In this document: positions 59,381 to 64,000 of the stretch, in pieces | Numbering within the stretch: the stretch's first letter is position 1 | Layout of the letters: the number at the start of each line of letters is the position of its first letter | Source: Candidatus Falkowbacteria bacterium | GTDB taxonomy: Bacteria > Patescibacteriota > Patescibacteriia > Patescibacteriales > UBA12465 | Reading direction: 5' to 3' | DNA length: 64,000 nt | Assembly (NCBI GenBank): GCA_037132255.1 | Contig: JBAXPN010000001.1 | Coordinates: forward strand, 191,395 to 255,394 | The notes under the pieces: generated by a model | Told to the model about the DNA's origin: nothing | Database searches by the model: none | The model's input: only the letters and a program-made list of their open reading frames with translations | Translations under genes and position numbers: made by a program

Positions 59381-60628
59381 ATGAAATACGATTTAGCGAT
59401 AATTGGAGCCGGGCCGGCTGGCCTTATGGCTGCCTGCCGCGCCACTGAACTTGGCGCCTCAGTTATTATTTTAGAAAAAAACAAAAGACCAGGAATAAAG
59501 CTTCTTACGACAGGTGGCGGGCGTTGTAATTTTACCAATAATATTCCCGACCCAAAAATCTTAGCCTCTTATTATCTTCCCAATAATAAATTCCTTATTT
59601 CCGCTTTTTCCCGTTTCGGAAGCAGAGAGACAATTAATTTCTTTAATACTCACGGAGTAACTACAAAAATAGAAGCAAACGGCCGCGTATTTCCGCTTAG
59701 TAATTTAGCGACTGATATTCTAAACGTTCCTCTAAATATAATCAAAAATAATTCCTGCGAGCTGAAATACGGCGCTGAGGTAAAAAAAATTACGAGTCGC
59801 CAGAATAAGATAGAGAAAATTATTTTAAATAATGGAGAAAGTATCACAGCAGATAATTATTTAATTGCGACTGGCGGTCGCTCTTATCCGCTGACCGGAT
59901 CCAGTGGGGAAGCTTACGGCTGGCTCACGCAATTAGGCCATAAGATTATTAAACCCCGACCGGCTTTAGTTGCAATTCACCTCAAAGAAAAATTTATTCC
60001 TGACTTAGAAGGTTTAAGCCTTGAGAATATTAAACTAAATCTTTACGGAAATAATAAAAAAATAAGTGCCGCTCGCGGTGATATAATATTTACGCGAAAT
60101 GGACTAAGCGGTCCCGCCGCTCTTAATCTTAGCCGAGAAATTGATTTGTTTTCGAATCAAAAATACCGCCTTGAACTAGACTTTAAACCGGAAAGTACTG
60201 AGACGGAGTTAGCTAATTATCTCCAAAAAATATTTCACTCCGGACAAAAAATATTTCGCAATATTTTAGAGGGCCTGATTGCGCCAAAATTTATTCCGGT
60301 CTTAATTAAACTTACTGGCATTAATCCCGAGAAGCAGGCAAATTCTATTACCAAAGATGAAAAGACTATAATTATCAATTGTTTAAAAAAATTAGAATTA
60401 ACAGTTCTTGGTCTGGGCGATTTTGATCAGGCCATGGTCACGGCCGGAGGAATCGATTTAAAAGAAGTCGACCCGAAAACCATGCGCTCAAAAATAATTT
60501 CGAACTTATTCTTTGCTGGAGAAATACTGGATTTGACCGGACCAACTGGAGGCTATAATCTGCAACTCTCTTGGTCAACGGGCTATATAGCAGGGGAATC
60601 ATCCATTGACAAAAATATTCACTCGTGA
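59381..60628 (+). CDS. HI0933/YhiN (BaiN/RdsA) family NAD(P)/FAD-dependent oxidoreductase
   Basis: IGAGPAGL, GGGRCNFTN, GRVFP, ATGGRSYP.TGS.G, VTAGG and GGYNLQ motifs. Confidence 0.93.
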   Translation: MKYDLAIIGAGPAGLMAACRATELGASVIILEKNKRPGIKLLTTGGGRCNFTNNIPDPKILASYYLPNNKFLISAFSRFGSRETINFFNTHGVTTKIEANGRVFPLSNLATDILNVPLNIIKNNSCELKYGAEVKKITSRQNKIEKIILNNGESITADNYLIATGGRSYPLTGSSGEAYGWLTQLGHKIIKPRPALVAIHLKEKFIPDLEGLSLENIKLNLYGNNKKISAARGDIIFTRNGLSGPAALNLSREIDLFSNQKYRLELDFKPESTETELANYLQKIFHSGQKIFRNILEGLIAPKFIPVLIKLTGINPEKQANSITKDEKTIIINCLKKLELTVLGLGDFDQAMVTAGGIDLKEVDPKTMRSKIISNLFFAGEILDLTGPTGGYNLQLSWSTGYIAGESSIDKNIHS

Positions 60629-60634
60629 TATTAT
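60606..60634 (+). promoter_or_regulatory. sigma70 promoter of DEAD-box helicase
   Basis: TTGACA-17 nt-TATTAT with extended TG, overlapping the end of the upstream gene. Confidence 0.65.
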
Positions 60635-60685
60635 TCTAGTCTAACAAAAGATTCGAATCTCCTTCATATATAAAGTCTATCTAAG

Positions 60686-60723
60686 TAAGTGGCCTTTGAG
60701 AGAAATCGGGTCACTTATTTTTT
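60686..60723 (+). terminator. Terminator-like hairpin in helicase 5' leader
   Basis: TAAGTGGCC...GGTCACTTA-TTTTTT ending 3 nt before the ATG. Confidence 0.55.
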
Positions 60724-60726
60724 ATT

Positions 60727-62217
60727 ATGAACACTATTACAAGCTCAAAACAAGCTATCTCTTTAAGTAAAAAAACCGCAGAAATTACATTTTCTGATCT
60801 CGGCATCAGTAAATCAATTCTTGAGATTCTGAAGAATCTTAAACTCGAAACGCCAACTCCAATTCAACATCAAGCAATCCCAATCGCTCTCAAGGGACAA
60901 GATATTATTGGAATCGCTCAAACCGGGACTGGCAAAACATTTGCTTTTGGTATCCCAATTTTGCAACGTCTCGGCCTGGAAAAAGGTCAGGCGCTTGTTG
61001 TTGTACCAACCCGCGAATTAGCAATCCAAGTTGGCGATAGTTTAAAAAAATTAGGCATGAGTTTAGGACTCCGAATCGCGACTCTTATTGGTGGCGAAGC
61101 AATAGACCGTCAATTATTCATGCTAAGAAAGAAACCGCATATTATTGTCGCTACCCCCGGTCGTTTACTGGATCACTTAAAACGCCATACTGTTAAACTC
61201 GATCAAATTAAAATACTTGTACTTGATGAAGCCGATATGATGCTTGATTTAGGTTTTGCTCCACAAGTCGAAGAAATTCTCAAGCAAACTCCGAAAGAAA
61301 AACAAACAATGCTATTTTCCGCGACCATGCCAGCAACTATTGCGAAACTTGCCGCTAACCATTTGAAATTACCAATCAGTATTGAAGTTGCACCGCAGGG
61401 AACAACCGCAGAAAGAGTTGAACAAGAAGTCTTTGTTGTTAAACCAGCTGATCGCTTTTCACATCTTGAAAAAATTATTAAAGAACATGAGGGTTCAATC
61501 CTGGTTTTTGTTCGCACCAAACACGGCGTTAAAGAAGTAACCCAAAAATTATTTAACCTCGGACATAAGGCGACTGAGATTCATTCAAATTTATCTTTAA
61601 GTCGTCGTCGCGCCGCGCTTGATGCTTTTAAAAGTATGCACTCAAGAATTCTTGTGGCGACAGATGTGGCTGCGCGTGGTTTAGATGTTAATGGGATCGA
61701 ATTAGTTGTAAATTATAATTTGCCTGACGCATCTTCAGATTATGTCCATCGTATCGGTCGGACTGGTCGTGCGGGAAAAATTGGTAAAGCAATTTCATTT
61801 GCGACTCCTAATCAATTAAAAGATGTTAGAGATATTGAACGCTTAATTAATAAGACATTAGCGATCAAAGAATTTGCTCATTTTGACCAAGTTTCGAGCC
61901 GAAGCTTTGGGCCCCGTTCAGGCGGTGGACGCTCAAATTCAGGCCGACCAAATTCAGGTCGCTCAGGTGGCGCGCGCCAATCAAATAGTGGTCGCTCAAT
62001 TCTTGGACAAAGGCCAAGCGGTTCATATCAATCTAGCCAACCAGGCCAGTCTGGCCAATCAACAAACCAAAGCTCACGACCATCAGGTGTAAGCTCGACC
62101 AACTCTCGATTCGGTAGCGCAAAACCCGGCTTCAAAACAGGCTCCGGACGAACAAGCGGCTCAGCTAGCCGTCGACCTAATCCTCATTTTTTCAGTCGTA
62201 AAAATAACGAAAAATAA
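60727..62217 (+). CDS. DEAD-box RNA helicase
   Basis: Q motif PTPIQ, AQTGTGKT, PTRELA, TPGR, DEAD, SAT, ARGLD and HRIGRTGRAG, plus an S/G/R-rich tail. Confidence 0.96.
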   Translation: MNTITSSKQAISLSKKTAEITFSDLGISKSILEILKNLKLETPTPIQHQAIPIALKGQDIIGIAQTGTGKTFAFGIPILQRLGLEKGQALVVVPTRELAIQVGDSLKKLGMSLGLRIATLIGGEAIDRQLFMLRKKPHIIVATPGRLLDHLKRHTVKLDQIKILVLDEADMMLDLGFAPQVEEILKQTPKEKQTMLFSATMPATIAKLAANHLKLPISIEVAPQGTTAERVEQEVFVVKPADRFSHLEKIIKEHEGSILVFVRTKHGVKEVTQKLFNLGHKATEIHSNLSLSRRRAALDAFKSMHSRILVATDVAARGLDVNGIELVVNYNLPDASSDYVHRIGRTGRAGKIGKAISFATPNQLKDVRDIERLINKTLAIKEFAHFDQVSSRSFGPRSGGGRSNSGRPNSGRSGGARQSNSGRSILGQRPSGSYQSSQPGQSGQSTNQSSRPSGVSSTNSRFGSAKPGFKTGSGRTSGSASRRPNPHFFSRKNNEK

Positions 62218-62286
62218 TTGAATATATAAATGGATATTAAAAGAGAGGACTGTTTGGCCCTCTTTTTTTATTTATCTTTCAACGAT

Positions 62287-63321
62287 TTACTTTTTCACTA
62301 ATTGCTGCAAACTTTTATACAAAATTTGTGCAAGTGATTCTTCGACAAAAATATCATGGATCTTACCTCCCGTTCTTTTTGAGTAATCACGGGGAATCGT
62401 ATTTCCCATTAATATCTTATCAAAGGGGTTATTATCAAATAACTTCCGGCGCCAAGATCTAACTAAGACAGGGTGCATGGCTAAAAAAATAATTAGCCTT
62501 GATCCTAATTCTTTTAACCTTTCTCCAGTCGAATTGGCGGTTTCGCCCGTGCAAACTTCATCCTCAGTTACAACGATCGCCTGGTCTTTAATATGCTCTA
62601 TATCAGCATATGCTATATCAGGGAAGTTAAAGTTTGCTTGGTAGTACTTAATTAGCTCAGTGATTTCTAACTCATCTTCAGCTTTAATTGTTATTGCATT
62701 ATTTAAGCCACGTTCTTTTAAGCTAAAAATAACTCTACTCCCAGTTAACTTAGCCAAACCAATAGCACGAACAATTGAACCTTTATCAGGAGCATAGATT
62801 TCCGGAATTTCGTCGAGGTAGGTTTTGATAGCAGATGAGAAGAGGGGCGATGGATCAAGTTCACGCATTACAATTCCATACTCGTCGCAAAATTGCTTCA
62901 TCTTGGGTGAATGTGGTGACACGGTGATGATTTCATCGACACCAGCATGTTTTAAGCGGTCAATAACCATGCGCAAACGGCAAACTTCATCAAGTTTTTC
63001 TTCGTGATCCTGACGCCTAAAAATTAAAAAGGCAATTACTGCAATCAAGTATTTCGCTTTATACTGTCGCTTTAAGGCCCAGATTGCTTCCAGCGCTTCT
63101 TCAAGCAATTCGCGATTATAAATACTTTGAAAATATACGACTGTTCTATTCTCGATTTCCTCGTAATGAGGAAATTTATCATCACATTCTTCGTCGGTAT
63201 ACTCAGCGATGTCGACATGACTAAAGACAAGCTCTTTGCCATGATATTCACCCAAATGTTTTAAAGTCGCAGCTGCCAAATGATGGTTTCCGCGACCACT
63301 GTAATAAAGGACTTTTTCCAT
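62287..63321 (-). CDS. Divergent ribose-phosphate pyrophosphokinase (PRPP synthetase)-like protein
   Basis: RRQD, APDKG...RA, KER and VVTEDEVCTGET (PRPP-loop-like), MHPVL. Confidence 0.7.
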   Translation of the reverse strand: MEKVLYYSGRGNHHLAAATLKHLGEYHGKELVFSHVDIAEYTDEECDDKFPHYEEIENRTVVYFQSIYNRELLEEALEAIWALKRQYKAKYLIAVIAFLIFRRQDHEEKLDEVCRLRMVIDRLKHAGVDEIITVSPHSPKMKQFCDEYGIVMRELDPSPLFSSAIKTYLDEIPEIYAPDKGSIVRAIGLAKLTGSRVIFSLKERGLNNAITIKAEDELEITELIKYYQANFNFPDIAYADIEHIKDQAIVVTEDEVCTGETANSTGERLKELGSRLIIFLAMHPVLVRSWRRKLFDNNPFDKILMGNTIPRDYSKRTGGKIHDIFVEESLAQILYKSLQQLVKK

Positions 63322-63490
63322 TTTTACCTGTTTTAGTGAAAATTTATGTTAATTTTAAATGTACTAATCAAAATTATTAATATTAAATTTAATCACTATT
63401 TAGCCATTTAGTCAAATATGTGGGATAATAATAAATAAGTAATGCGTAGTAATATTATAGATAAATGATTCCTAAATTTACTTTATATAT

Positions 63491-64000
63491 ATGATTCATA
63501 TAATTAAATATATTAAAACCGAAAATCTTGCGAACGAAACCGCCGCTTTCTATTTTGAAAAGCCCAGTAGTTTTACATATCGTGCAGGGCAATTTGGCGA
63601 TTTTACTATTATTAACCCGGTTGAAAGCGACGCGGAAGGGAATACGAGAACTTTTTCCCTCGTAAGCTCGCCTGAAGAAAACCATATTTCAATCGCGACG
63701 CGACTACGCGACACGGCGTTTAAACGCAATTTAAAAAAATTCACTCCTGGAATGGAAATTATATTCGATGCTCCTATGGGAATATTTACACTCGATAAAG
63801 ACATGGAGCGACCTGTAGTATTCTTGGCTGGAGGAATCGGTATAACTCCTTTTAAAAGTATTATTACGGATGCAAGCCTAAAAAAATTAAAGCAGAAAAT
63901 CTACTTATTTTATAGCAACAAAAAACCAGAAGATGCACCTTATCTTGAAGAGCTTAATTCTCTTGAGAAACTAAATCCGAATTTTAAAATGATAGCCATA
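63491..64000 (+). CDS. FAD-binding ferredoxin-NADP reductase-like oxidoreductase, 3' end outside window
   Basis: Manual translation MIHIIK...FTYRAGQF...RTFSLVSSP...FLAGGIGITPFKS...LFYSN, open to the window end. Confidence 0.9.
   Translation, partial: MIHIIKYIKTENLANETAAFYFEKPSSFTYRAGQFGDFTIINPVESDAEGNTRTFSLVSSPEENHISIATRLRDTAFKRNLKKFTPGMEIIFDAPMGIFTLDKDMERPVVFLAGGIGITPFKSIITDASLKKLKQKIYLFYSNKKPEDAPYLEELNSLEKLNPNFKMIAI

Noticed and set aside
63455-63804. Minus-strand ORFs from the track
   Set aside because: Antisense to the clear FNR-like oxidoreductase starting at 63491 on the plus strand.
1-64000. CRISPR array, transposase, integrase, reverse transcriptase/DGR
   Set aside because: No regularly spaced repeats and no ORFs with such motifs were seen by eye.

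Overview
This is an AT-rich chromosomal window in the standard genetic code. It is most likely from a Patescibacteria/CPR bacterium (Parcubacteria/ABY1-like). That call is an inference from the gene repertoire, the Ser/Thr-rich surface proteins, the lack of Shine-Dalgarno sites and the frequent TGnTATAAT promoters. Positions 1-38.7 kb are mostly core genes: a large S-layer-like protein, two glycan loci with O-antigen-ligase-like enzymes, a giant permuted-NlpC/P60-LTD-LamG surface protein, RNase P RNA, mnmA, tRNA-Leu, parA/parB, dnaE, class I aldolase, rodA, rplY, prmC-prfA-rpmE, greA-lysS and tRNA-Gln. An accessory region follows tRNA-Gln. Its most striking content is a minimal phosphoethanolamine-cellulose-like locus: DUF4230, bcsG, a BcsA-like synthase lacking PilZ, two tandem 'half-ferritin' microproteins, and galU, with no bcsB/C/Z/E/F in the window. 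The region also holds a GIY-YIG nuclease, redox/disulfide genes and an RNA-chaperone cluster. Several unannotated small ORFs have their own promoters, including a 17-aa amphipathic peptide and a 40-aa basic protein. boxA-like elements sit behind several orphan-gene promoters. No CRISPR array, integrase or transposase was seen.
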